Below are positions 23,347-33,313 of a stretch of 64,000 bases of DNA, piece by piece. The notes beneath the pieces were generated by a model, which saw only the letters and a program-made list of their open reading frames with translations, did no database searches and was not told the origin of the DNA. This DNA is from an uncultured delta proteobacterium (GTDB lineage Bacteria; Desulfobacterota; Binatia; DP-6): contig CAWFFN010000005.1 in the NCBI GenBank assembly GCA_963815115.1, positions 1,728,001-1,792,000 on the forward strand, written 5' to 3'. Made by a program: the position numbers and the translations under genes. Position 1 is the first letter of the stretch. Each line of letters begins with the position of its first letter.

Positions 23347-24219
23347 ATGAGGCTCGCCACCTTCACCCACGACGGCGCGACGCGCATCGGTGTGGTCACC
23401 GACGACGGCATCGTCGACCTCGCCGCGGCGGCGCCCGCGCTGCCCCGCGACATGGTGGCGCTGCTGGCGGCCGGGGGCGATGCCCTCGCCGGCGTACGCA
23501 CCGCCGCGACGAGGGGAGGGGGCCGCCTGGCCCTCGCGGACGTGACGCTCGAGGCGCCCGTTCCCCGGCCGCCGAAGTTCCTCGGCATCGGTCTCAACTA
23601 CGCCGATCACGTGAAGGAGTCGGGCTTCGAGCCGCCGGCGGTGCCGGTCATGTTCAACAAGCAGTCCACGTGTGTCACCGGGCCATATGCGCCCATTCAC
23701 CTGCCGCGTGTGTCGCCGCTCCTGGACTACGAGGGCGAGCTCGCCTTCGTCATCGGCCGCCGCTGCCGGCACGTGCCGCGCGAGCGCGCGCACGAGGTGA
23801 TCGCCGGCTACTGCATCGTCGACGACGTCAGCGTCCGCGACTGGCAGCTCCGGACGCCAACGATGACGATGGGGAAGTCGTTCGACACCCACGGACCCAT
23901 GGGACCGTGGCTGGTGACATCGGACGAGGTCGGCGACCCGCACGCCCTCGTGCTCCGGACCTGGGTGAACGGTGAGCTCCGCCAGCACTCGTGCACGAGC
24001 CAGCTCATCTTCGACTGCTACGCGCAGGTCGAGCACCTCTCCACCGCGTTCACGCTGGAACCAGGCGATGTCGTCACGACCGGCACGCCCTCCGGCGTGG
24101 GCGGTGCCATGCAGCCGCCGCGCTTCCTGCAACTCGGCGACGTGGTCCGCGTCGAGATCGAGAAGCTCGGCGCGATCGAGAACCGGGTCGTGGCCGAGCC
24201 CGAAGGCAGCATCCTGTGA
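23347..24219 (+). CDS. Fumarylacetoacetate hydrolase family protein
   Basis: IGLNYADH, LDYEGELA, DVSVRDWQ, GKSFDT, TGTPSG. Confidence 0.9.
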   Translation: MRLATFTHDGATRIGVVTDDGIVDLAAAAPALPRDMVALLAAGGDALAGVRTAATRGGGRLALADVTLEAPVPRPPKFLGIGLNYADHVKESGFEPPAVPVMFNKQSTCVTGPYAPIHLPRVSPLLDYEGELAFVIGRRCRHVPRERAHEVIAGYCIVDDVSVRDWQLRTPTMTMGKSFDTHGPMGPWLVTSDEVGDPHALVLRTWVNGELRQHSCTSQLIFDCYAQVEHLSTAFTLEPGDVVTTGTPSGVGGAMQPPRFLQLGDVVRVEIEKLGAIENRVVAEPEGSIL

Positions 24220-25955
24220 CCGTACCGCGTCTGCAGACCGAGGTCCTCGTCATCGGCGGAGGTCCCGTCGGCCTGTCGACCGCCCTGCACCTCGACGCGC
24301 AGGGCATCGACTGCGTGCTGGTCGAGAAGCATCCCACCACCGCAACCCATCCGAAGGCGTCCTACTTCAACGTGCGCACCATGGAGCTGCTGCGCCAGCT
24401 CGGCGTCGCCAACGACGTGTACGCGACCGCGCTCTTTCCCCGGGGAGTTTCGTTCTACACGAGCCTCTGCGGCTACAAGCTCGGCGTGCTGGGCGCCGCC
24501 GATGCCCCGGACCACGTCGAGCGTGTCATGCGGTCCACCGCCAGCCCGGGCTGCGTGTCCTCGCAGATCGTGCTCGAAGCGATACTCAAGGAGCATGCCG
24601 AGCGGGCGAGACACGCCACGATCCTGTTCGGGCACGAGAAGGTCGCGCTCGAGGAGAGCGCCGACATGGTTCGCACGACCGTCGTCGAGTGCAGCACGGG
24701 AAGGCGGACCGCGATCGAAGCGGAATACGTCATCGTCTGCGAGGGTGTGCGCAGCGTGACGCGCGACGAGCTCGGTGGTGCGCTGATCGGCCCACCGCCG
24801 TTCGGCCATGTGATCAACATCTATCTCGAGGCGGATCTCGAGAGTCTCGTCGAGGAACGTGACCAGGCGCTGTTCTGGACCGCAACGCCGAAGGCGCCGG
24901 GAGCATTCATCGCGCTCGGTGGCGACCGCCGGAAGTACTGCTTCAACACGCCGTGGTTTCCAGAGGATGGGGAGCGCGTCGAGGATTTCACCGAGGAGCG
25001 CTGCCTCGAGCGTGTCCGGTCCGCGATCGGCAGCGACCGGCTGCCCGTCAGGATCCTCTCCATCGGTTCCTGGGTGCTGTGTGGGCAGGTCATCGACCGC
25101 TACCGCAGGGGCCGCGTCTTCTTCGGGGGCGACACCGCACACTCGAACATCCCCACCGGCGGGTTCGGCTTCAATACCGGCATGCAGGAGACACACAATC
25201 TGGCCTGGAAACTCGCCCGCGTTCTGCATGGTGACTCCCCGGAGACGCTACTCGACAGCTACCACCAGGAGCGCCGTCCGGTCGCCGAGTTCAACGTCGA
25301 GAAGAGCCGTGAGAATGCCGTCAACATTCGCGACACGGGTGCCACCTTCGGCGGCCGGGTGCCGGATTCGGACGAAGTCGATCTCGACACGCCACGGGGC
25401 CGAGCCCAGCGCGCCGAGAAGACCCGCGCCATCGCGCGCCAGAAGACGCACTTCCTCTTCCTCGGGCAGGAGATCGGCTACGGCTACTGGGACTCGGCCA
25501 TCGTCGTGCCCGACGGCACGCGGCACTATGCCGAGGAGCACGCGGTGGAGAATGCCGTCTACGAGTATGTGCCGAACGCCCGGCCAGGTGCACGCGCGCC
25601 GCACTGCTGGGTGCTGCGCGACGGCGAGCGGCTGCCGATCCTCGATGTCCTGACGCGCGACTTCGTCCTGCTGACCCATGGCGAGGACGGCGCCGCATGG
25701 GCCCGCGGTCTCGATGGGAAGGATCGGGCTCGCCACCATCACGTCGGTCCGGCCGGCACGACTGCCGACCTGGTCGATGTGGACGGAGCCTGGCCGCGCG
25801 CTTATGGCATCGCCGGCGACGGCGCCGTCCTCGTGCGCCCCGACGGGCATGTCGCCTGGCGTGCCCTCAGCGGACCGGACGAGCACACGGGCATCGGGGT
25901 TGCCGAGGCGCTCGACGTCGCGACCGGACGGAAATCGAAAGGAGCACGGGTATGA
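24216..25955 (+). CDS. FAD-dependent aromatic monooxygenase (PheA/TfdB-like)
   Basis: VIGGGPVG, RTMELLR, GDTAH...PTGGFGFNTG, PGARAPH, LVRPDGHVAW; GTGA overlap. Confidence 0.85.
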   Translation: MTVPRLQTEVLVIGGGPVGLSTALHLDAQGIDCVLVEKHPTTATHPKASYFNVRTMELLRQLGVANDVYATALFPRGVSFYTSLCGYKLGVLGAADAPDHVERVMRSTASPGCVSSQIVLEAILKEHAERARHATILFGHEKVALEESADMVRTTVVECSTGRRTAIEAEYVIVCEGVRSVTRDELGGALIGPPPFGHVINIYLEADLESLVEERDQALFWTATPKAPGAFIALGGDRRKYCFNTPWFPEDGERVEDFTEERCLERVRSAIGSDRLPVRILSIGSWVLCGQVIDRYRRGRVFFGGDTAHSNIPTGGFGFNTGMQETHNLAWKLARVLHGDSPETLLDSYHQERRPVAEFNVEKSRENAVNIRDTGATFGGRVPDSDEVDLDTPRGRAQRAEKTRAIARQKTHFLFLGQEIGYGYWDSAIVVPDGTRHYAEEHAVENAVYEYVPNARPGARAPHCWVLRDGERLPILDVLTRDFVLLTHGEDGAAWARGLDGKDRARHHHVGPAGTTADLVDVDGAWPRAYGIAGDGAVLVRPDGHVAWRALSGPDEHTGIGVAEALDVATGRKSKGARV

Positions 25956-26557
25956 GCACCCAGCATGATCGAGCCCGCAGCCTTGCGCCGGAGCGCGGCG
26001 TCGTGAAGCCACGCCAGCTCGCGCACGTGGTGCGCCGTACGGCTCGTCTCGACGAGCTCGTGCGCTGGTATTGCACGGTGCTGGGCGCCGAGGTGGTGCA
26101 CGCGGATGGCATGCTGGCCTTCCTCACCTACGACGACGAGCACCATCGCATCGCGATCGCCAACATTCCGGGTCTCGGGGAGCAACCCGCGTTGGCTGCT
26201 GGCACCGACCACATCGCCTTCACGTATGCCGACCTGGGCGACCTTCTCCACACCTACGTCCGACTCGCGGCCGAGGGCATCACTCCCTTCTGGTGCATCA
26301 ATCATGGCCCTACCACGTCGATGTACTACAAGGATCCGGACGGGAGTCGCGTCGAGCTGCAGGTCGACAACATGCCGTCGAGCGAGGCGATCGACGCCTG
26401 GATGCGCAGCGGCGAGTTCGCGGCGAACCCGATCGGCGTCGTGTTCGACCCGGCCGAGCTCCTGGCACGCTACCGCGCGGGGGAACCTCTCTCTACCCTC
26501 ACCGCGCGCCCGGCTCTGCCGGAGGGAGCGACTCCCTTCGACATGCTGCGGTTCTGA
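25952..26557 (+). CDS. VOC/glyoxalase-family protein (extradiol dioxygenase-like)
   Basis: LAHVV, YDDEHHRIA, DHIAF, NHGPTTSMYYKDPDGSRVELQ. Confidence 0.82.
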   Translation: MSTQHDRARSLAPERGVVKPRQLAHVVRRTARLDELVRWYCTVLGAEVVHADGMLAFLTYDDEHHRIAIANIPGLGEQPALAAGTDHIAFTYADLGDLLHTYVRLAAEGITPFWCINHGPTTSMYYKDPDGSRVELQVDNMPSSEAIDAWMRSGEFAANPIGVVFDPAELLARYRAGEPLSTLTARPALPEGATPFDMLRF

Positions 26558-26570
26558 GCGCTCGCGAACG

Positions 26571-26726
26571 CTACGGCGCAGTCCGCGTGAGCGCCATGAT
26601 GACCAGAACGAGCAATAGCAACGAGAGCCCGCCGCTCGGATAGTAGCCCCACCCCGAGCTGTAGGGCCACGTGGGCAGGGCGCCCACGATCAGCAGCAGC
26701 ACCAGCACGAGCAGTATGAGATTCAT
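26571..26726 (-). CDS. DUF3309-family small membrane protein (51 aa), absent from the ORF track
   Basis: MNLILLVLVLLLIVGALPTWPYSSGWGYYPSGGLSLLLLVLVIMALTRTAP; RBS AGGAGG. Confidence 0.8.
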   Translation of the reverse strand: MNLILLVLVLLLIVGALPTWPYSSGWGYYPSGGLSLLLLVLVIMALTRTAP

Positions 26727-26773
26727 CTTCGCCTCCTGCGTTCGGTAGTGCGCAGTCGAAACGTCCCTTCGAG

Positions 26774-27205
26774 TCAGGCGGCCTTGGGGCCCGCCATCTG
26801 TTCCGCAAGCTCGGAGCTGCGCGCCCCTCCCAGCCGGCGCTCGGCCATGGGGAACATCTCCTCTTCCTCTTCGTCGACGTGGTGACCGACCAGTTCCTTC
26901 AAGACGGTCACCTTCGCCGCGAAGTTGTCGGCGCTTGGATCGACGTCGGGCAGCTCCGCGAGCACCAGCTTCACCACGTGGTGCTCCTCGTATGCCTCAC
27001 CGACCATGTCCTCCGCCTTCCTCGTGCCGATCCCCCGAACAGCCGGATAGAAGACGTTTTCCTCGATCTCGGTATGATGCTCGAGGGCCTCGATGATGTC
27101 CCGCACGGCCTTGCGGCGCGTGTTCGTGTTCTTGGTCTTGAGGGCAGTCGAGAACAGCTTCTCCACCTCCCGGTGCTGTCGCTTCAGGAGCACGGTCGCC
27201 TTCAT
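26774..27205 (-). CDS. Hemerythrin-domain protein
   Basis: LKRQH, HHTEIEENVFYP, EEHH, HHVDEEEEEMFP. Confidence 0.85.
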   Translation of the reverse strand: MKATVLLKRQHREVEKLFSTALKTKNTNTRRKAVRDIIEALEHHTEIEENVFYPAVRGIGTRKAEDMVGEAYEEHHVVKLVLAELPDVDPSADNFAAKVTVLKELVGHHVDEEEEEMFPMAERRLGGARSSELAEQMAGPKAA

Positions 27206-27254
27206 GGGTCGTCCTTTCTGTTCAGACCGGCCAGCGCGTCTGCGCGGCTTGAGA

Positions 27255-27270
27255 TGCAAGCGGCTCGCCA
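27255..27270 (-). promoter_or_regulatory. Sigma54 promoter for hemerythrin/DUF3309
   Basis: Minus strand TGGCGAGCCGCTTGCA. Confidence 0.6.
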
Positions 27271-27388
27271 CCCCCGGCGAACCGGAAGTACGGTGTGCGC
27301 CAATCGGGCCCGTGTAGTTCCTTCAGCCCTGCGGTCGATTTTTCCACGTTGGCCGTGAGCCAGGCCGCCCTTCCGAGCGCTTCCCTTC

Positions 27389-27404
27389 CGGAGTGCTCCT
27401 TGCA
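27389..27404 (+). promoter_or_regulatory. Possible sigma54 promoter for the DUF3147 pair
   Basis: CGGAGTGCTCCTTGCA: GG-N10-GC with TTGCA, weaker -24 match. Confidence 0.4.
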
Positions 27405-27538
27405 TCTCGTGGCCCGGCTCCGTCATCCCAGGCACGCCCATCGGCGTCGTGCGACTCACGCGACGCGAGGGCGTCGAGGAGGCTGCTGCCGAGAACTACG
27501 TGCGTCGCGACCTGGAGTAGCGGGGCGGGAGCAGTGAG

Positions 27539-27892
27539 GTGATCGGCGAGACCGCGCTCAGGTTCCTGCTGGGCGGGACGATCGTAGCGCTGTTCGCGCT
27601 CGTCGGCGCGCTCTTCAGACCGCCGAGCTTTGCGGGAATCTTCGGCTCGGCACCGTCGCTCGCGCTCGCCACGTTGCTGATGGCCTTCGCGACACGCGGC
27701 TCGTCGTACGCCGCCACGGAGGCGCGGGCCATGATGATCGGCGCAGCCGGCCTCGTCGCTTACGGCGCCGTGTGCAGGTGGGTCGTGGCCCGGGCCGATG
27801 TGCCAGTCTGGGCGGGTGCGGCGCTCTGCTGGATCGTCTGGTTCGTGGTGACATTCGGCCTCTGGGCCGGGCTTTCCGAGGTCGTTTCATGA
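27539..27892 (+). CDS. DUF3147-like 4-TM membrane protein
   Basis: LRFLLGG, FAGIFGSAP, ARAMMIGA. Confidence 0.6.
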   Translation: MIGETALRFLLGGTIVALFALVGALFRPPSFAGIFGSAPSLALATLLMAFATRGSSYAATEARAMMIGAAGLVAYGAVCRWVVARADVPVWAGAALCWIVWFVVTFGLWAGLSEVVS

Positions 27893-28272
27893 ACCTTCAC
27901 GTCGATGCGGGTACGCTCCGCAAGACGACACCGGCGGAGCACGCGGTTCGCTTCGTGTTCGGAGGGAGCATGACGGCGATGACGGGGCTCATCGCCCACG
28001 CCGTCGGTCCGGTCATCGGGGGCCTCTTCCTGGCCTTCCCGGCGATCCTCCCCGCCAGTCTGACCCTCGTTGCCAGTCACGAAGGACGGCAGAAAGCCGT
28101 GACCGAGGCCGGGGGCGCGATCCTGGGTGCGATCGCGCTCGCGGCCTTTGCGGCAACTGCCTGGCTCCTCTCACCGCATGCATCGCCCGTCGTGACCCTC
28201 GGCGCGGCGGCGGCCGTCTGGGCCATGGCTGCCGTCGTTCTCTGGTGGACGATTCATGGGCGCCGCGCGTGA
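27889..28272 (+). CDS. DUF3147-like 4-TM membrane protein
   Basis: VRFVFGG, GPVIGGLFLAFPAILPASL; ATGA overlap. Confidence 0.65.
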   Translation: MNLHVDAGTLRKTTPAEHAVRFVFGGSMTAMTGLIAHAVGPVIGGLFLAFPAILPASLTLVASHEGRQKAVTEAGGAILGAIALAAFAATAWLLSPHASPVVTLGAAAAVWAMAAVVLWWTIHGRRA

Positions 28273-28420
28273 TGGCGGCGAGGGGCCCTCCACTGCGACG
28301 GTGAGTGAGCGAATGGCTGGCTCATCCGCTTGCCTCCTGCGACCGGTTCGTCTACGAGTTCTCGCGCTTCGTCTTCGTGAAGCAGGAGATCGGCGCGGAC
28401 GCCGGTGAGCCGCAACGGGC

Positions 28421-29038
28421 ATGGGTGAGGAGTTCATGAGGGCGACCAGCATGCGGGATGGAACTACATGGGTGGCGATCGTCGTCGGAGCGCTCGCGCT
28501 CCCGTGGTGCACGGGATGCCCCCAGATGGCGATCACCACCGCGGCCACGACGGCAGCGAGCGCCATCGTGGACGACCGTTCCATCGCCCAGCAGGGAGCC
28601 GATCTGGATCTCAAGGCGCGCATCGAGCAGCAGCTGCTCGCCGATGCACCCAGGCTGGCCGAGTCCGTCGACGTCGACGTCTACCTCGGGCGTGTCATGC
28701 TGACCGGCGTCGTGTCCAGACCATCCAGCCGCCGCAAGGCGGTGGATCTGGTGCGTAGCGTCGCGGTCGACAACGAGGTGTTCGACGACATCGAGGTCGC
28801 CACCGGCGACGGACTCGGCGACATGGCCGGCGACTTCGCCGTCAACAAGGAGCTCGGCGTGAACCTGCTGGCCGCCGAGGGCATCGCATCGCAGAGCTTT
28901 CAGCACCGCGTCGTGAACGGGACCGCGTTCATCATGGGCCAGGCGAGGAACCCGGGGCAGGTCGAGACGGCTCGCCAGGTCGCCTTGCAGACGCCGGGCA
29001 TCCAGCGCGTCGTGACGCACATCGTGGTGAACCAGTGA
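28421..29038 (+). CDS. Dual BON-domain lipoprotein (DolP/OsmY-like)
   Basis: TGC lipobox-like site, DDRSIAQQ, VYLGRVMLTG, VVNGTAFIMG; start may be 28436 or 28451. Confidence 0.8.
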   Translation: MGEEFMRATSMRDGTTWVAIVVGALALPWCTGCPQMAITTAATTAASAIVDDRSIAQQGADLDLKARIEQQLLADAPRLAESVDVDVYLGRVMLTGVVSRPSSRRKAVDLVRSVAVDNEVFDDIEVATGDGLGDMAGDFAVNKELGVNLLAAEGIASQSFQHRVVNGTAFIMGQARNPGQVETARQVALQTPGIQRVVTHIVVNQ

Positions 29039-29239
29039 CCGCGGCACGTCGAGGCCCCGGGTCTCCATCGAGCGACGCGGAGGGCCTGAGTGTATCCGGG
29101 CGCACGTTGGCGCTCGCCCGGAAGCTCATCTTCGCCCTCGAGTAGCAGGCCCTGGGACCACACCGTCGCGGACTGGTTCGGGCGCATTTGGCGCATCTGG
29201 CGACGTGATTCTCCGTCTCCGCGCGGCTATCAAAGGCAG

Positions 29240-30478
29240 ATGGAGTTGGCCGATGCATTGAGGGTGTACGTCCTGGCGCTGCCGCCTCTGGCCAAGTTCG
29301 CCATCGTCCTCGCGATCATCGCGGGCGTTCCGCCCCTTGCTCGCCGCGCCGGGCTGCCGGAGATGGTGGGCTTGCTCCTCTTCGGCGTCGTCCTGGGCCC
29401 ACATGCTCTCGGCTTGTTCGGAGAGGATCGGCCCGTCGCCGACTTCTTCGCCGAGCTGGGCAAGCTGCTGTTGATGTTCTCGGCCGGGCTGGAGATCGAT
29501 ATCGCGCTCTTTCGCAAGGCTCGCACCCGGTCCATCATCTTCGGCCTCTTCACCACCATCACACCGCTCCTCCTCGGAACCTTGTTTGGCCTCGCCTTCC
29601 GCTATGCCCTCATTCCCGCGATCGTCATCGGATCCCTGCTCGCATCCCACACCCTGCTCGGGCTCGCGGTCATCGATCGGCTGGGTGCCACCCGGCTCGA
29701 ACCGATGGTGGTCACTATCGGCGCAACCGTTCTGTCGGACACGCTGTCGTTGATCGTGTTCGCGATCTGCGTCTCGACCTATACGACGGGCTTCTCGCCC
29801 GCCGGGCTCGTCGTCCAGCTGATCGAGATCGCCGTCTTCGTCCCGCTCATCCTGTTCGGCCTCAGTCGCGCCGGCTCCTACGCACTGGGCAGGGTGCGGG
29901 ACAACGAGAACGCCTATTTCGTCCTGATGCTCGGCATCATGGCGGTGGCCGGCGTGCTTGCAGAATACATCAACCTTCCGGACATCGTCGGCGCGTTCCT
30001 GGCGGGACTGGCGGTCAATGCCGCAGTGGGGAAGCACTCGGCGAAGACGAAGCTCGAGTTTCTCGGCAAGGCCCTGTTCATTCCGGGCTTCTTCATCGCG
30101 ACCGGCTTCCTCATCGACCCGTCGGTGTTCGCGACGAGCGTCGTCGACAATTTCCCTCTGGTCGCGGGGATCGTTGGTACGCTCGTTCTGGGAAAGTGGG
30201 TCGCCGCAGCCGTGGTGGGCCGCATGTTCGGCTACACGCCGGCGGCGCGCTCGACGATGTGGGCGCTGACCCTGCCGCAGGTCGCTGCCACGCTTGCCGC
30301 GACGCTGGTAGCCCATGACACGGTCGACGCGGCCGGTCAGCGGATGGTCGACGGCAAGATGCTCAACGCGGTGCTCGTCCTGATGGTGGCCACGTCCATC
30401 CTCGGGCCGCTCCTGACGGAACGATTCGCGCCCCGCATGCTCGAGGAGGAGGCGCTCGAAAGAGAGGTTGCGGCCTGA
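29240..30478 (+). CDS. Cation:proton antiporter (CPA2 family)
   Basis: AELGKLLLMFSAGLEID, SLLASHTL, IVGAFLAGL, PQVAATLAA. Confidence 0.85.
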   Translation: MELADALRVYVLALPPLAKFAIVLAIIAGVPPLARRAGLPEMVGLLLFGVVLGPHALGLFGEDRPVADFFAELGKLLLMFSAGLEIDIALFRKARTRSIIFGLFTTITPLLLGTLFGLAFRYALIPAIVIGSLLASHTLLGLAVIDRLGATRLEPMVVTIGATVLSDTLSLIVFAICVSTYTTGFSPAGLVVQLIEIAVFVPLILFGLSRAGSYALGRVRDNENAYFVLMLGIMAVAGVLAEYINLPDIVGAFLAGLAVNAAVGKHSAKTKLEFLGKALFIPGFFIATGFLIDPSVFATSVVDNFPLVAGIVGTLVLGKWVAAAVVGRMFGYTPAARSTMWALTLPQVAATLAATLVAHDTVDAAGQRMVDGKMLNAVLVLMVATSILGPLLTERFAPRMLEEEALEREVAA

Positions 30479-30577
30479 CGGCCGCGGCTGCCGTTGCCGG
30501 GTCCGGCGGCGGTCGGGTTGCGTACCAGGTAGGCCGGTCCAGCTGAGCGGTCAGCTCTGATCCGAGGAGGTTGCACC

Positions 30578-31508
30578 ATGCGCGCGCCGGTCGTCCTGCT
30601 GGTGTTGGCGCTCATCACGCCCGGTCACGCTGCCGACGTGGCGGTGCGCTACCTCGTCGACGACGGTACGCTCAAGGAGGTCGGTACCGGATCGGCTCTC
30701 AATCCGACGCTGTTCACCGACTCCGCGTGCACGCATGCCCTCTTCGGTGCGACGCTCCCGATCACCGGCGCCGTCGTGTCGCGGCTCAAGCTGTTCAAGC
30801 CAAAGCACGGTCCCAAGGCGCCGAAGATCGATCTCATGACCTTCACCATGACCGGCGTACCTCCCTATGACGGGGCGCTGTATCTCGTGGTCACCGGTCC
30901 GGGGGTCGTTCCGGTCGGCACCCCGTGTCAGGTCCAGGGTGGAACGGCGGCGGCTCCTCCGCTGACCACGTCGACGGTCACGGTCGTCGACGAGAACGGA
31001 GCACTGGGCTTCCGGATCAGGGCCGCGAGTGATCCGCTCGTCGTCGGCGTACCGATCGTGCCGGTGACGCGGGAGGCGGCGTCCGCCCTGATTCCGCTCA
31101 CCGTCGCCAACCCGTTCGACTGCACGGTCGACGTACGCCGCGAGGGGTCCGGCGCTGCTCTTCCAGGGCGACAGACTGGCGGTCTTCAATGCCTACGACT
31201 GCGCTGCACACGTGCCGTCGTGCACGGATGGACTGAAGAATCAGGACGAGACGGACATCGACTGCGGCGGCTCGGCGTGTGCCCAGCGGTGCGGTTACCT
31301 GCCGCTCGACGGTGTCTTCAACCTGTGTGCTCCGACGCGTTGCAACAACGGGGTCAAGGACGGACCGGAGACCGACACCGACTGCGGTGGCCTGGCGGTG
31401 GGGGGCGACATATGCGGCGGCTGCCCGGCCGGGAAGTCATGCGCGTCGGCCGGGGTTCCGAAAGCAAACTGTGTCAGCCAGGTGTGCACTGCCGGCGTGT
31501 GTCACTAG
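30578..31508 (+). CDS. Secreted protein with C-terminal Cys-rich ETDxDCGG repeats; frameshift near 31135
   Basis: Signal peptide; CTDGLKNQDETDIDCGG and CNNGVKDGPETDTDCGG in the shifted frame. Confidence 0.6.
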
Positions 31509-31592
31509 ATTCGACGAGGTCGGCGAGGCGCGCGACGCGGCGGGTGGCACGATCGAGGTCGCCGTGACACTGTGCGCCCGGGAGGAGTTCGG

Positions 31593-32585
31593 ATGCCACA
31601 GGACATGACGGATGCGAGCCCCGTCCGCCACTTCATCCGGCGTCACTACAGACACTTCAACGCCGCCGTGGTTCGGGATGCGGCGGAGGCATACGAGCGT
31701 CACCTCGCCGCCGGAGGGAAGATGTTCCTCACCCTCGCCGGCGCCATGAGCACGGCCGAGCTCGGCATCTCGCTGGCCGAGATGATTCGGCGGGACAAGG
31801 TGCACGGCATCTGCTGCACCGGGGCCAACCTGGAGGAGGACGTCTTCAACCTCGTGGCGCACGACCACTACGTCCGCATCCCGACGTACCGCGATCTGAC
31901 TCCACGGGACGAGCAGGCGCTGCTCGAGCGTCACCTCAACCGGGTGACGGACACGTGCATTCCCGAAGAGGAAGCCATGCGCCGGATCGAGCGTGCCGTC
32001 CTCCAGGACTGGCTCGAGGCCGACCGCAGCGGCCAGCAATATTTTCCCCACGAGTTCCTGTGCCGGCTGCTGCGCCGCGGCCAGCTCGCGTCGCAGTACC
32101 AGATCGATCCGCGCGACAGCTGGCTGATGGCGGCGGCCGAGAAGGAGCTTCCGATCTTCGTGCCCGGCTGGGAAGACTCCACGCTGGGGAACATCTACGC
32201 GGCGCACTGCATGGCGGGCGACATCACGAACGTCCACACCGTGCGGACGGGCATCGAGTACATGATGGCGCTGGCCGAGTGGTACGTGCGGGCCAGCCGC
32301 GACGCCTCGATCGGGTTCTTCCAGATCGGCGGCGGCATCGCCGGCGACTTCTCCATCTGCGTCGTCCCGATGCTCCATCAGGATCTGCGTCGCACGGAGG
32401 TCCCCCTGTGGGGATACTTCTGTCAGATCAGCGATTCGGTCACGAGCTACGGCTCTTATTCGGGGGCGGTACCCAACGAGAAGATCACCTGGGGCAAGCT
32501 CGGGGTCGACACGCCGAAGTTCGTCATCGAGTCCGACGCGTCGATCGTCGCCCCGCTCATCTTTGCCCATCTCCTGGGCTGGTAG
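31593..32585 (+). CDS. Deoxyhypusine synthase family protein
   Basis: TLAGAMSTAELG, TGANLEED, FFQIGGG, GSYSGA...EKITWGK, ESDASI. Confidence 0.9.
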   Translation: MPQDMTDASPVRHFIRRHYRHFNAAVVRDAAEAYERHLAAGGKMFLTLAGAMSTAELGISLAEMIRRDKVHGICCTGANLEEDVFNLVAHDHYVRIPTYRDLTPRDEQALLERHLNRVTDTCIPEEEAMRRIERAVLQDWLEADRSGQQYFPHEFLCRLLRRGQLASQYQIDPRDSWLMAAAEKELPIFVPGWEDSTLGNIYAAHCMAGDITNVHTVRTGIEYMMALAEWYVRASRDASIGFFQIGGGIAGDFSICVVPMLHQDLRRTEVPLWGYFCQISDSVTSYGSYSGAVPNEKITWGKLGVDTPKFVIESDASIVAPLIFAHLLGW

Positions 32586-32675
32586 TGCTCTCTCGTTCAT
32601 CCGCCGGTGAGACCGACGACGTTGTCGTTGACGTCTTCACGGAAACGATCGCCGGGAGTATCGGAGGGCCACTCG

Positions 32676-33146
32676 ATGCACCAACGTGCCGAAGGACAGG
32701 CCGGGGATCGTGAGGCGGGTCCGCGCGAGGTGATCGTCCGCGGTGGTGCGGTCGGGTTTGCGCAGGAGATCGTCGTCGGCCCGCACCGGCTAGCGGCCGA
32801 CGAACCAACTGCCGTGGGTGGATCCGACGCGGGGCCGGACCCATACGACCTCCTGCTCGCCAGCCTGGGATCGTGTACCTCGATGACCGTCGCGTTCTAC
32901 GCGCGCCGCAAGCAGTGGCCGCTCGAGACCGTCACGGTCCGTCTCCGACACGCGAAGATCCATGCGACCGACTGCAGCGAGTGTGAAACCCGCGAAGGGA
33001 TGATCGACCGGATCGAGGTCGGCGTCGAGCTCACGGGCTCGCTGACGGGAGCGCAGAGAGCGCAGCTCCTGGTGATTGCCGGGAAGTGTCCGGTCCACAG
33101 GACGCTGACCTCGGAGATCGAGATTCGCACGTACCTGAGCGCGTAG
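32676..33146 (+). CDS. OsmC-family protein
   Basis: ADEP...GPDPYDLLLASLGSCT, KCPVHRTL. Confidence 0.88.
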   Translation: MHQRAEGQAGDREAGPREVIVRGGAVGFAQEIVVGPHRLAADEPTAVGGSDAGPDPYDLLLASLGSCTSMTVAFYARRKQWPLETVTVRLRHAKIHATDCSECETREGMIDRIEVGVELTGSLTGAQRAQLLVIAGKCPVHRTLTSEIEIRTYLSA

Positions 33147-33313
33147 CCGAGGTGTGCGAAGACGGCGCGGCCGACTCGTGATGAGCATTGCATCAGATTC
33201 CGCTGCGTGTTCAGGTCCCACCACGGAGGACCGACCGTGAGCGCCTACCCAGCGGCACGACGACAGGCTGCGTGTTTCTCGCCGCCAGGCTCCCTGGCTC
33301 CTGAGGTGTCGCG

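Noticed and set aside
28318-28333. Sigma54-like TGGCTCATCCGCTTGC upstream of the BON gene
   Set aside because: GG to GC spacing is 11 nt rather than the required 10
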